The notes: generated by a model not told the origin, from the letters alone. Positions 13,706-28,254 are shown, counted from the first letter of the stretch. The stretch is 64,000 bases of DNA from Eledone cirrhosa (GCA_964016885.1 OZ024752.1:3410001-3474000); one strand, 5' to 3'. Program-made: numbers and translations.

Positions 13706-13750
13706 TCATATATATATAATATATGCATATATATATAATATATATATATA

Positions 13751-13883
13751 ACGAAGGAATTGTGGTAAGGAACCAGGTGGACCATACCGTACCAGAATAC
13801 TCAATAACTTAGGGTAGTAGAGTGGGTAATAGGAAAATGTTCAAGACCCCGACGGCACAGCTCAAGCCGTTCGGCAAGTGGGG
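13751..13883 (-). mobile_element. Family D long terminus
   Basis: Reverse complement of 35050-35171; abuts (TA)n. Confidence 0.7.
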
Positions 13884-14513
13884 AAAAGAAGGATGTTACA
13901 ACCATTGTTTACCCACAAGGTTCATGAGGGGCTTTGAGGGCTCGGAAAGTAGGACTTATCTCGCCGAACAAGATAGGGGATACCCCTGCATATATAGCTA
14001 GATGCAGTTCTTTTCTTTTTCCCTTTATCTATTCTTCGCACTTCTCTCCACTACCTCACCTCTTCCTTTTTCTTTTTCCACTGTCGCTTACACCGAGGCA
14101 GCCCATCGGGATGTTGTAGCCTCAGTACCCCCACCCCAGTAAATTGTATATAGCATTGGCCGAAAACGCAATACCAGGTAAACATTTAGCAGCTGTTTTA
14201 TACTCTAGATTTTTATTATTTTTTATTATTTAATGTTTTTATATTATTTTTACTTATTATGTTTTAATTTTTTAATTTCAATTTATTAACTTTTTACATT
14301 TTTTTATTTTTTAATTTCCCACTCAGATTCCTCCAGAATTCTTATCTTCGCCTGCTTTCTAGCTAGCCTAATTTCATCCACACTCCTTAGAATTTGCTCT
14401 ATAGAATTCACTTTCGAGAAATAACAACCCAGCCAGGAACTGGGCATATGGGAGAATTGACTGAGTTAAACACTTCAACAACAGGTGTACCTGTCTCCAC
14501 GACCCCAATTCGG

Positions 14514-14568
14514 ACTGCCTGAAGAGGTCGCAGCCAATGATGGCTGTCACCTAAATATATATAACAGT
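14514..14568 (+). ncRNA. Hammerhead motif, family E (G12 mutated)
   Basis: actgc CTGAAGA ggt-cg-cagcca-atga-tggctg-tc-acc TAAA tatata TA acagt. Related to 41237-41286. Confidence 0.6.
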
Positions 14569-14738
14569 ACATCTTTAATAAACGAAGCCAAATTTTAATA
14601 TTTGACTTAATTATTTTACATTACTCCGGTGTAACCAAACAAACCTGCGTACTTCGTCGAGTGCTCCAATCTGCATACTGATGTGTCGGTAAACAACCAA
14701 AATATACTCAAAATATATACATATGTATATATATACAA

Positions 14739-14775
<37 letters not shown>

Positions 14776-14789
14776 TGTGTATATGTTTG

Positions 14790-15003
14790 TATTTTTTTTC
14801 GAGAGCCAGTTCTTTCGTTGCTACGGTAACCGCGGCTGAAAAAACGTTCACTATCTTCAATTTGCAAAGCCCTTTAAACTGTATGTTATTACTCTAAGGT
14901 TTTACTCTAAGGTTTTATACTTTATTGAGTGCTTGGCTGCACTTCTGAAGCATTCGTCGGCTTAGTTGCGGCTCGAGCTTCGAATATGCAGTACTTCCGT
15001 TTG
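14790..15003 (+). mobile_element. (TA)n-flanked repeat family K
   Basis: Shares agagtaataaca.tacgttta and agcaacgaaa motifs in reverse with 28295-28500 and 47886-48093. Confidence 0.5.
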
Positions 15004-15187
15004 TATATATATATAGATATAGATATAGATATAGAATATAATATAATATATGCATATATATATACATATATGTAATATATATGCATATATATATACATAT
15101 ATATAATATATATGTATATATATATTATATATATATATGTATATATAATATCATATATGCATATATACATACATATATATTATATAT

Positions 15188-15442
15188 GTGAAGGTGCATG
15201 GTTTAGTGGTTAAAGCATTGGTCTTGCAATCGAAAGGTTGTGAGTTCAATTCTCGGACCGGGTGATGTGTTGTTTCCTTGAGCAAGATACTTTATTTCAC
15301 GTTGCTCCAGTTTACTCAGCTGTAGAAATGAGTACCGACCTGCCCGCCCAGCCAGTGGGATGGCGTCATCTTATGGCTAAAACAGCACGACGTGCTGTGA
15401 CAAGCGCCGATTGGCACCCGACAGATTGGTCGGTCAAGGTGA
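15188..15442 (+). mobile_element. tRNA-derived SINE with CORE-like domain
   Basis: A-box tggtttagtggtt, B-box gagttcaattc and core tgtttccttgagcaagatactttatttcac. Near-identical head at 47530-47665. Confidence 0.75.
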
Positions 15443-15569
15443 TATAATATATATGCATATATATATATGTATATGTGTGTATATATATGCATATATATAC
15501 ATATATATAATACATATACATATATATATCTATACTCACACACACTCATATATATTATATATACTTAAA

Positions 15570-15600
<31 letters not shown>

Positions 15601-16235
15601 GAGAGAGAGAGATTGTGTGTGTCTGTCTGTACATAAGAGTGTGTCTTTGGGAACTAAGTATGTGTCTTTGTGCGTATCTTTGAGCGTGATATCATTTTCA
15701 CTCGTACTCTAAGACGATCAACAAAATTGTATATATCTTGTCAGACATCTATCATTCTGACATGGTATGATTTCTTCACTGAAACTAACATTTAGATATT
15801 GAGACATTTCGATGGTTGATGATTTTGATTCAGAATATAAAATAACACGTCCTTTTTTTTTACGTTTAGTTTTTAGCATCTTTTTTTAACAAGCGATCTA
15901 TTTTCTTTATTTTATTCTGTGTATATTTTTTTTCCTTTTGCAATATATCTTTGATCCTTCTTATTTGTCAGTATCACCCTCCTGCTGTCTTGTAGCTTTT
16001 CTTTCCGGGAGGAAGTAACATTTCTAGAAAAAAATATAAAATAAAGGGTTGATAAAAATTGAAATATTTTCAAAAATTTTCTTAGTAAAAGATGTCATTT
16101 GGTTTGATTTTTTTTCCACTTATTTTCTATATTTTACTGTTGGCAGTAGTGATGTCAGAACTAGATATGTATATAACTATATAATGAAGTAGTTCTAAGT
16201 GTCTCTAGGTTCGTACATACATACATATTATATAT

Positions 16236-16783
<548 letters not shown>

Positions 16784-16999
16784 GAGAAAAGTGGGCAGGT
16801 GGGGGGGATACAGGGGGTATGAGCGGGGAGGCCGGAAGGTGGTGGTGTGTGTGTGTGTGTAGGTGTACATGTGTGTGTGTGTGTATGTGTGGATTTGAGG
16901 GTGAGAGTTTGGGGAAGAACGAGGTTCGATGTATATATATATATATATATACATATATATTTATATATGTATATATATATATATATGTATATAAATGGA

Positions 17000-17185
17000 A
17001 AATAATTGTTTCTACTTTAAGCACAAGGCCAGCAATCTCCCAGTGCATTACTGGTACCTTATTTTATCGACCCCGTAAGCATGACAGCCAAATAAACCTC
17101 GGCGGGATTTGAACTCAGATGATAAAGGGACGTAACTATGCTGGAAAGCATGGCGTCCGACCCTCTACCGATACTGCCAATCCAC
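17000..17185 (-). mobile_element. tRNA-derived SINE (Nin/Deu-like), full copy
   Basis: Reverse complement of 5313-5490. Confidence 0.75.
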
Positions 17186-17463
17186 CTGGATAAATGGAAA
17201 GTAATGAAACGAAATTTCATTTCTCACTCTTAGTACGGCTGATACCTAAATATAAGTATGTATACGTACATACATATATGTGTACAGACGCACAGTAGTA
17301 TGTATATATATATACATGCAGCACACACACATATATATATGTACGTATGGGTTTACCGAACATTTATTATAATGTTCGGTTTGTTTGTAAACAAACAGCC
17401 GGAATTACGCCGTACAGTGCTCGACAACCATCGTCGCCCTTTTGTTCAACACTAACACAGGAA

Positions 17464-17504
17464 CGATGTACTAGTTTCAAGCTTATTAGCTATCGTCCGC
17501 ATCG
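17464..17504 (-). ncRNA. Minimal hammerhead motif, family F (variant core)
   Basis: Reverse complement reads cgatg CGGACGA t-agct-aata-agct-t GAAA ctag TA catcg. Confidence 0.6.
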
Positions 17505-17662
17505 TATTCCTCTCTGTCAGATAATTGAACGTTTGAAAGTATATACTTTCCTTGTGCATATTAACGGCGTAATTCGGGCTCTTTGTTTACAAACAAACCG
17601 AACATTATAATAAATGTTCGGTAAACCCATACGTACATATATATATATATATATATATATAT

Positions 17663-18074
17663 GTAGGAGGTGAGTTTTATTGTAGTACAATAAAGCAATG
17701 CAGATATCGGATAAGAAGCACTCTACAGTTTGTAGGACTGGAGTATACGTAATATAAGATCAAAAGATGGTTAAAGGAGTTCCATGTATTTTATTATGCG
17801 CATTTCAAAAACAAACATCATCATGCAATAATATTTGTGTTTTCATCAGATAAAACAGGAGAACATGATATGAAGGCTAAAAAACACTTGTGGATAGTGC
17901 AGTTTTAAATCAAGATGTTGATTTAAAACTGCACTATCCACAATTGTTTTTTAGCCTTCATATCATGTTCTCCTGTTTTATGTGATGAAAACACAAATAT
18001 TATTGCATGATGATGTTTGTTTTTGAAATGCGCATAATAAAATACATGGAACTCCTTTAACCATCTTTTGATCT

Positions 18075-18080
<6 letters not shown>
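17663..18080. mobile_element. Fold-back module, family G (~165-bp near-perfect arms plus ~87-nt tail)
   Basis: 17750-17912 is inverted at 17916-18080. (TA)n on both sides. Confidence 0.85.
17789..17855 (-). ncRNA. Minimal type-I hammerhead ribozyme motif, family G
   Basis: Reverse complement reads ttttat CTGATGA aaaca…tgttttt GAAA tgcgca TA ataaaa. The right-arm copy (17976-18041) has C3>G. Confidence 0.8.
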
Positions 18081-18131
<51 letters not shown>

Positions 18132-18217
18132 TCTATGTATATATATATACATACTACTGTGCGTCTGTACACATATATGTATGTACGTATACATACTTAT
18201 ATATATATATATATATA

Positions 18218-18448
18218 GAATTCTTTCTGCCTTTGTTACTCTAAATATAAATTATAGCTTTAAAGAATTAGCTTTTAATGAATTCCCTTTTCTATCAACC
18301 AATGACCTCTACCCATCCCACTCCCTACCCTCTCCTACCACCTGAAGAGACCTATAAATACCATATTTATTTTTTGATACCCAGGTTCCTGATGATTTCT
18401 AAAGAATGAAACAGTTCTAGTCCTGTAAAATCTCATCTATATTAAAAC
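18218..18448 (+). mobile_element. Family B module (short terminus) with CTGATGA…GAAA core
   Basis: cagg ttc CTGATGA t-ttc-taaa-gaa-t GAAA cagtt ctagtcctg from 18382. Ends attaaaac|(TA)n, the same point as 11087. Confidence 0.7.
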
Positions 18449-20365
18449 TATATATATATATATATATATCATTTCAATTAATTTCGTCCTTGCAACATTC
18501 ATAGAAAACATGTATACGTTGCACATGAAGGATCATCTTTTCGTAATTAGTTTTATTTCGTTTACAATCAATACAGCCACATATTAGTTGTCTCTCTAAT
18601 GTTGGTTCTTTTGAGGAATTGGGGCGTTTTAGGTTAATTTGGAGATACGGATTCAACAGAGATCATCAGGGTGTATCTCGGTGACTTGTTAATAGTCAAG
18701 GCCAGCGTTGCAAATTTCCCATTTTTTTTATATTGCGAAAATCATCGATGGAATTAATTGTTTATTTCAAAACCTGCTAATGCTTCATATGTGAAGTATT
18801 ATCTAGAAATCGTTATAAAATGAAAGGCAAATTACTTTATAAAATAACTTATCAGTTCTCACTTCGTTGTAACAATATTTCAGTAAAGAAAGCAGTGACT
18901 AAAATTGTAAGTTAACTGGCTAATGTTAACAATGGATACCTATGTCAGTATAAAACATACAGAGCAGAAGAGTGCAAGAAAAGGGGAAATTATCTGGAAT
19001 AGTTTGAATAGCTATAGAAATTATCAACTGTAAGCGTTATTTTCTTTAATGTTTTGCGTTTGAATAAGAAAACTATTTTCAATAAAATATTCCGGCATTT
19101 TATCTTATACAATAGCTAAACTAAGTTAATGTAGGTCTATCTTTCACTATATAATTCTGTGTTATGTGGCTGTAACCTCATGTACTCACATACGCATCGC
19201 AATCTGTGGAAATCCCACTCTGTCAAATCTTCGTTGCAAAATGACATTATTCCTTATTAGCATTCTAACCCATTGTTAAATTCAATGCAATGCCATCGGA
19301 ATTATATGAATTACTTTTCATTTATATCTCATAGGCAGTGTAATATACACATAAATGAAATCATATCAATATAGGAGATATCTCTTTGATGTACAATAAC
19401 CCCTCGACATAGATTTGGCGCTAAAATACGAAAAACATAGGGCATTCATACAACACTGTTAATACTTTGCAAATATCTTAGAATGAATTATAACTTTATA
19501 ACTCAAATTACATTAGCAACGTATAGTACAAACAAAGGCTTAGACAGCGCTGTTTCTGGTTTGAAAAAACAATAACTTTGATAATGTTAAATGGATAATT
19601 GTTAATGTTAAAAAGCCGTCTTCTTATTAATTAGGCAAGATATTAATTGCCCACAATTAAGCCTGTGTCGTCGCGCGCTGGGACGAGGGTTACGCATAGC
19701 TTTAAAGCTGATAAAACACTTGTTTGCGAATTAATACGTAGCTAGAAACAGCGGGGACTAATGGGAGGAAGTGAGAAACTTGCTTTCAAGCGATTAATTC
19801 CTCCAAAGAGGGCGTCGTGGGAGATTTAAGTCTTCCATATAAGAACATGGACTTTCACTTGAATGGACATACACATTAGATAACACGTGATATATTTAGC
19901 TCGAAATACTTTCTTCCATGTGCAGCATTATGGGAACAAACCAGAAACCTTTTACTTTCAAAGGGAACATCGTAATCATACAGAATTTTCTGCATCTATA
20001 ATCTTTCTATTAAACAGACACAACACACTGAATTTGTCTTGACAGAAGCAGTTGAGCGTCATACAAAATGTAAAATATTTCTTAGCGTAATTCTTCATAC
20101 AAAAATCATATCTAGACAAAATCGATAAAATAGATAAATCAGTCAAGTAGTAGGTCGATTTATTCCTCAAAATGATGCTCTCTGATTTTGTCTGAAATCT
20201 CTAATAAGTGCAAAACACTGCTCTCTAATTTGAAATAATACAGATTCAACAATCAATTAACTAACTCTACTATGTTTTGCTAGAGTCTAGCTTATCTCAT
20301 TATATTCTGCCCTCATGATATTTTACTTTCTTTCATATTCTCCCTCTTTCTCTCTCCTCTCTGTA

Positions 20366-20432
<67 letters not shown>

Positions 20433-20437
20433 ATATA

Positions 20438-20480
<43 letters not shown>

Positions 20481-21485
20481 TTAAAGGAAAATAGAGAAAT
20501 TAATGTGAGCAAGAAGCCAACAGTATTTCATAATATATAAGTGACTATAACGTCAAAATATATAAATATATGTATATATATATATATATATATAAAACTG
20601 GTGTTGTCAGGTGTGTGTGTCCTCATTCTTGCAAAGTCGATACAAATCCATTCTACTCCGATTGACTTTAAACCTGCATTTATACATTCCTTGCGGTCTA
20701 AAGATACTAACTGCAGCTTTTATTTTTCCATTTTCTGTTGTTAAAGGGGTGTTAGGCGCCGGTTATCCATCACAGTCTAGCCCTTATAATATTTGTATGT
20801 ATGCCTGGCTGTCTGCATAACGACATTCTGACGAACACGTCATTGCTGACGTATTAACTTCGCTACATTCACACACACACATATATATATACATATATAC
20901 TTATATATACATATACACACACACATATATACACATATAAATATATATATATACATATACAAACACATATACACATATATAGATATACACATATACGCAT
21001 ATATAAGTATACACAAAAAATATGTATATATACGCACACGGAAACACACATATATATATATATAAATATATATACAAATACATATATACACACACATATA
21101 TATATATATGCATAGGTACACACACATATATATATATATATGTGTGTATCTGTGTATATATACACAGATACATGGTAGGTCGCTTTAACCCGTCTTTTAT
21201 TATTCAAAAAACCTCTTGCCAATAACCATTAACCCTTTGAGCGCCATTGATCTAACTGTAGACCAACAAACACCAAGTAAACGAACGTTGACAAGAACGA
21301 TGACGAATGAATCTTTGAGGTAAGCAGTTTCCTCCCGAGCTGTTAGTTCACTCGGGATTCTCTGCTACACCTTTTCATAATAATACCAAACAACGTACTG
21401 TTGGGCACTCCTTCGTCCAAAAGCCGTACAAAGCATGTCTCCTTCTCTCTTTCTCTCTCTCTCTCTATATATATATATATCTATA

Positions 21486-21562
<77 letters not shown>

Positions 21563-21569
<7 letters not shown>

Positions 21570-22343
21570 TAACAGATTAAAGTTTAAGCAAAGAATCGCC
21601 GCTTTCACCCTTAACGGGATCTTCTGAAACTATAAAAATCAATCTGTGAACGCAGAAGCAAATATTTTGAAAAACGTTGTAACCGAAGGAAGACAGGAAG
21701 ACGATACTTTGGTTCGTGTAAATGTTCCCTGGCAAAGAACGGAAAAAACGAAGATAATACGTCAATATTTGGAGCGCTGAAAAACAATTACACGCAAAGA
21801 CAAAACCACGTAAATAGTATAACTGAAGTCATAGACTAATATTCTATTAGGTGGTTCGTGGAGACGTTCTCTGGCAATGAACGGAAAAAACGAAGACGCT
21901 CCACATATGACGTATTTTCTTCGTGTTTTCCGTTCATTGCCAGGGAACGTCTCTATGAACCACCTAAGAGAACATTAGTCTACGACCTCTTTTATACCAT
22001 AAACGTGGTTCTGTCTTTGCGTGTAATTGTTTTTCACCGCACTAAATAATCACATATTATATTCGTTTTTTCCCGTTCTTTGCCAGGGAACGTTACCACG
22101 AACCAAAGTATCGTCTTCCTCTCTTCCTCCGGTTGCAACATTTTTTGAAATATCCAGTTCTGCGTTTACAGATTGACTTTGTTAGTTTCAGAAGATCCCG
22201 TTAAGGGTGAAAGCAGCGATTCTTTGCTTAAACTTTAGTCTATTATTTTAATAAATATTTGCTCTACGGTTCTTATATATTTGATATATATTTATCCTTA
22301 TCGAGCCCTCTTTGGATTTTAGTCTTCAAATTTATTATTATTA

Positions 22344-22346
<3 letters not shown>
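21563..22346. mobile_element. Family C fold-back module (~335-bp arms plus ~90-nt tail)
   Basis: Diverged inverted arms 21563-21895 and 21918-22252, tail to 22346, (TA)n on both sides. CAGAAGA-tcccgttaagggt-GAAA in each arm. Confidence 0.8.
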
Positions 22347-22385
<39 letters not shown>

Positions 22386-22599
22386 ATAAGAACAGATTAA
22401 AGTTTAAGCAAAGAATCGCTGAGTTCAACATTAACTGTATCTGAAACTAAAAATTTAAATCTTTGAATCTTTAAATCTTTAGGCCAGTACATACGCATGC
22501 GCCGACGGACATACGCTTACATATACATTGGCACACACAAATACATACACACTCACAAACAGACACGTACACACACACACACACACACACGTGTGTGTG

Positions 22600-23079
22600 T
22601 AAACCTTATGCATTTCTGCAGTATTTTCACCAATCTTAAGACATAGTTTACTTATGTACTCCGGATGGCCATGGGCACTTTCATTTTTCCAGATATTTTA
22701 TCATAGGGCCTCCCGGCAGATAACCCCTTCAACCGCTTCCTTGGAGTCGACTGAAGCACTGCAGTGCAATGCAACAAAACGTCATAACTTCTGGAGTTCG
22801 CAACCGATTTTCACAAAACGTCATAACTTCTGGAGTTCGCAACCGATTTTCACAAAACGTCATAACTTCTGGTGTTCGCAACCGATTTTCACAAAACTTG
22901 AAAGATGGGCTACGTTTGTTCTACAGATGAATGTGAACTCTCAGAATTGGCACATATTGAGTAGGGGACTCCCGATGATTTTGTAAAAGTATAGTTTTCG
23001 AAGCAGCACAGAGGTATTGACATAATTGGTATACATAACTGCTATTTAATACCCGAGCAACGCCGGGAACCTCTGCTAG
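22600..23079 (+). mobile_element. Non-autonomous Helitron-like element, 3' portion
   Basis: 3' hairpin cccgagcaacgccggg followed by CTAG|T. The same hairpin occurs at 38063-38078. A possible 5' end lies at ~20590. Confidence 0.6.
22774..22897 (+). repeat. 39-bp tandem repeat, 3.2 copies
   Basis: Unit acaaaacgtcataacttctggagttcgcaaccgattttc, with no spacers. Confidence 0.9.
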
Positions 23080-23211
23080 TATATATATATAGTGTGTTCC
23101 AAAAAATGTATACTCAAAGGCTTTGCATTCTAATTAATACTGTCTGTACAGTAAATCAAAGTATGTATACATTTTATATATATATGTAGAGTGAGAGAGA
23201 TCTGTGTGTGC

Positions 23212-23257
<46 letters not shown>

Positions 23258-23991
23258 TTCTCTGTTCCTCTCTTTCACTTATTCTATCTCCTCAATTTGT
23301 CTTCGTCCGTCTACCTCTCACTTCTTACATTTATTTTCTGGAAGCAACAAAACGAATCCTTAGTTTAAATTAAGTCAACAGTTTCATGATTTTAAATCAC
23401 AGAAGCTGTCGCTGTCAGATGCGCCGCCGTAAGTAATTCATCTCATAAGATGAAATCAACAATTTAATCTGGGACTTTTGTAGATGACAGCTCGGAATAG
23501 CAGATTTTGTTTCAGCCAGCTGCCCACCCACGGCTGGTCTTCACGTCGTTCAATGATTGTTCATGTCACCACAGCTTCTGTCTATCTCCTTCAATCTTCA
23601 AGTGTTCCAACTCCAAAGGAAAGAACTTCTAACATATATGGATCATTGACTAAAATATAAAGGTTTAGTCTCCAGCTCAATGTAGAGCCTCCTTAAAAAT
23701 TTATCCCTTTCAGCACAATTTTTTCTTTCTTTTTTTTTTGATTAGATCTTTTATCCTTTACCTCTCCCGCATTCTATTATCCTCACATACTCAACAATTC
23801 TCAACACATCTATAGACATATGCACACATGCATACAGAAATACACACTTTTATGCAATTAGACATATCCACATACCTTATGTACACACGGACACACATAT
23901 ATATATATAGATACACATATATATATATGTGTATATGCAAACACATATATATGTATGTATATATATATATGTATATATACAAAAACATATG

Positions 23992-24040
<49 letters not shown>

Positions 24041-24724
24041 TTCTGTGTATGTGTGTTCCTGCATATGTGTATGTGTGGGTGTGTGTCTCTGTCTTTGTAA
24101 TTGTGAACAAAGCGATGAGAACAGCCGTCACCTAAAATTAATGCTAGGGGAGTATTAAAAAAAACAGTCAAGTCTCATCATTTTGAAAGAAAATAGATGC
24201 AGTTCCTTTTGTTGAATATACCAAAGTTAGTTAGGGAAGAGCAATGAAAAACAAAGTGGCAGAAAGTATCTACGCATATGCTGGGCTTTGATAGACTCCA
24301 CCACAGAAATAGCTTAGAGATTAACACTCGAATGAAAGATCGTTCAGCGTATACCTATAAATCAACTCGTTTTTAAGCTCATTCTTTTTATCACCCAATC
24401 GTACTGTGACAAACGGAATTAAATGTAAAGACTTTTAGTTTATGCGATGGGCGTGAATACTGCCAGTAGTTCATTCGATCTAAATAGACTCTTGTACATG
24501 TGGAGCGAGTGAGTGCCACCATAAGAAAGAGGAAACAGAACTTGAGAATATACATGGTATGGCCAACGAACAAAGAAAAAATCTAAATTTGGTTATTATA
24601 TTGATTCGCTGTAAATTCTCAAAACACCAGTGAAAACACGAAATTCCTCAATGTTCAATGTTAAAATAACTGAAAGGTTCGGGAATTAATAGACAATGTG
24701 AGGACAAGAATATTAATTTATGAA

Positions 24725-25023
24725 TATACTGGCACTCCATCGGTTACGACGATGAGTTTTCCAGTTGATACGGAACAGCCTGATCATGAAATTAACGGGC
24801 TGGTAGCTGAGCATTCCACAGACTCACACACCTTTAACGTAGTTCTCAGGGACATTCTGCGTTACAGAGAATGTGAAAAGGATGGCCCTTTAAATTACAG
24901 ATGCAACTGAGTTTACGGGAGAATCGTAATTTCGTGAAGGACACATTGCACCACCGGGAATCGAACTCAAAACCTCAGGACATTGAGCCGGATACAGCAA
25001 TCACAAAGCCATGCACTTTCACT
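24725..25023 (-). mobile_element. tRNA-derived SINE
   Basis: Reverse-complement head gtgaaagtgcatggct…gagttcgattccc…tgtgtcctt resembles the 15188 head. Confidence 0.6.
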
Positions 25024-25431
25024 ATATGAATATATCCTAATGCTAACTAATTACGCTGGTGCCTCAATAAAATACATCCAATTCACATTATCAAGTGTTT
25101 TTTACAATAAAGGGAATCTAGACAGATAAATTCTATAATGTGCATTATACTAGGAAAGTGTTGTTATTCGAACATGTCATGTCTTGAGACTTGCTAAACT
25201 TACCAAGGTATGTATGCCGACATGAAAAGCTTGGGAAGTATGATTATATATGTGTATATATATATTAATGCATTAAGAAAAGTTTTCACATTTGGTAGAG
25301 AAATGACACAAGCTTCAGTTTATGTTTAGGGCAGAAAATCCTTATAAAACCATACCCTCTACTTTTCTAACGAAGGTAATACTATGTTCTATGAATCTTG
25401 AGTTAATCTTAACTAGTGACGCACACATATG

Positions 25432-25966
<535 letters not shown>

Positions 25967-26333
25967 ATAATTTAAATAAACAACACAATAAAGTATTCCA
26001 TTGTCATAGGCTTCAGGAACTAGACGAGCTTAACGGAAACGTCCAGTACGCTCATCAGATGAAATATTTATGTTATAAATATAAGATTTGAAATTAAAGT
26101 CAATTAAAAATGAAGGTGAGGCTGAATTAATATAATGGAAAAATACATGTACATACAGAATCAGATGTACATATGTGCACATATAAATAAAAATGAAAAA
26201 ATAATAATATACATACATACAAACATACATACATGTATACATATATACACATGCAAACATACACACACATATATATATATATACTATATATGTACAAACA
26301 CACACACATAACATAATTACATATAGACATACG

Positions 26334-26377
<44 letters not shown>

Positions 26378-26512
26378 AATATATATATATATATACAAAT
26401 ATATATATATATATACAAATATATATATATATATATATATATAACACTCATACATATATACATATAAAATACGTACGTTCACATATATAAATACCTACAT
26501 AATAATAATAAT

Positions 26513-26690
26513 AATTGTTTCTACTTTTGGCACAAGGCCAATTAACCCAGTGTATTACTGGTACTTTATTTTATCGACCCTGTAAGGATGAAAGGCAAAG
26601 TTAACCTCGGTGGGATTTGAACTCAGACCATAAAGAGGCGTAACTCTATGCTGAAAAGTATGGTGTCCGACCCTCTACTAACACTGCCTA
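26513..26690 (-). mobile_element. tRNA-derived SINE (Nin/Deu-like)
   Basis: Reverse-complement match to 5313-5490. Confidence 0.75.
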
Positions 26691-27174
26691 ATAATAATAA
26701 CATATGAAAAAATATATATGATAAAATATAAGAAATAAATAATACAAAAATAAAAATCATAAATAAAAATAGTAAATGAAAAAATTATGAAAATAAAAAG
26801 TAAAATGAAAACAAAACGACACAATGGTAGGCCAGCTAAATATTTACGCACATATACAAGTATAAAAAGATAAAAAAAACACCTATATATATAGATACGT
26901 ATATATACACATACATATAGACACATATAGATACGCATGTGCATATATAATTCACTGCCAATAAGTATCCAGAAAAAGACCATGTGGACATACACATATT
27001 TACATGTGGATATACACATATATACATGTGGACATACACATATATACACGTGGACATATATACGCAAATTAAGTAGACAGGTCTACGTAAATAAAATAAT
27101 AAAAATACGTACATACATGCACAAAGACAAAGAATACCCGTGTATATACATATAGATATATATATACACAGAGA

Positions 27175-27235
<61 letters not shown>

Positions 27236-27238
<3 letters not shown>

Positions 27239-28248
27239 GTAGTTACACAACAGTTACTTCACCATACCCAGAACAATTGTGGACATTTCCAACCGAACAA
27301 ATCAACCACAGGAGGTCAAATCCTATGTGGGTATGGTGGAGGGCCGATTTAAGGAACGCTTCCTGAACTACCAGTCGACCTTTAGGTACCCGGACAGACG
27401 TTCATCCACGAAACTCGTGAGCCACGTATGGTCCCTCAAGGAATCAAGTATAGACTACTCCATTCAATAGAAAGCCATCACTAAGTCCAAGCGATGAGGC
27501 AATCCGTCGTGTGGACTATGTATTGACGAACGAATAAATATTCTAAAGAGATTACGCAATAGTGATTGACTGAACTCGAGAAATGAATTCTTCACACGTT
27601 GTTCACACGTCTGGTAACACCCCTTACATAACTACAAAGCTCCAAAGCATGGTGCAAAACATGGTGTCCGACCCTCTACTAATACTGCCTAATAATAATA
27701 ATAACATATGAAAAATATATATGATAAAATATAAGAAAGAAATAATACAAAAATAAATATCATAAATAAAAAGATGGAAAGCCATCACTAAGTCCAAGCT
27801 ATACGCAAGGGGCAATTCGTCGTGTGGACTATGTATTGATGAACGAATAAATATTCTAAAGAGATTACGCAATAGTCATTGCCTAAACTCGAAAAATGAA
27901 TTCTTCACACGTTGTCCACACGTCTGGAAACACCTCTTACGTAACTACAAAGCTCCGAATGAAATTACAACAACATCCTAATTTACTTATCAACTGGAAA
28001 CTTTCGGACATTCGCAGTTATCTCACACCTCTCGCACGCAATTTAGTATTGCCTGTGTGAAGTGATCGTTTCTGGTAATTCACATTCGTACGGTTGGCCC
28101 TCCCGTTCCGTATGACCATGTCCATTACGAGCTGTAAGGTGAAACAATTGTTCCGGGTATGGCGAACTAATTGTTGTTTTATCACTTCTACCTAACTCAT
28201 CCCATGGACTGACTGGTCTACCACTACGTATATTACCTCCCAGTGTTC

Positions 28249-28254
<6 letters not shown>
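27236..28254 (+). mobile_element. 5'-truncated Penelope-like retroelement, family A, with inverted 5' pLTR piece
   Basis: Order is (TA)n, inverted pLTR 27236-27280, GIY-YIG relic, pLTR with partly deleted HHR (28122-28160), tail, (TA)n. Confidence 0.8.
27281..27960 (+). pseudogene. PLE GIY-YIG endonuclease C-terminal half, decayed and partly duplicated
   Basis: KSYVGMVEGRFKERFLNYQSTF…TKLVSHVWSLKE, and in the second copy WKAITKSKLYARGNSSCGLCIDERINIL…CLNSKNEFFTRCPHVWKHLL. Confidence 0.85.

Larger units (their letters stand above)
17207..18200. mobile_element. Family F fold-back module interrupted by a nested family G module
   Basis: Arms 17341-17412 and 17565-17636. The right arm resumes at 18127-18200 as the reverse complement of ~17252-17320. 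Homologue at 31510-32253. Confidence 0.7.

Noticed and set aside
15188-15262. tRNA-like sequence (also at 47530)
   Set aside because: No complete cloverleaf, and it continues into a SINE core, so it is a SINE head rather than a tRNA gene.
21229-21250. TTAA-CCCTTT piggyBac-like terminus
   Set aside because: No partner inverted terminus found.
22774-22897. 39-bp and 37-bp (37482-37635) repeats of CRISPR-like length
   Set aside because: Head-to-tail with no unique spacers, no cas genes and a eukaryotic context.
26010-26066. Minus-strand CTGATGAgc…gctc g tctagtt motif
   Set aside because: Probably a decayed HHR, but GAAA is missing, so it is not called as a feature.
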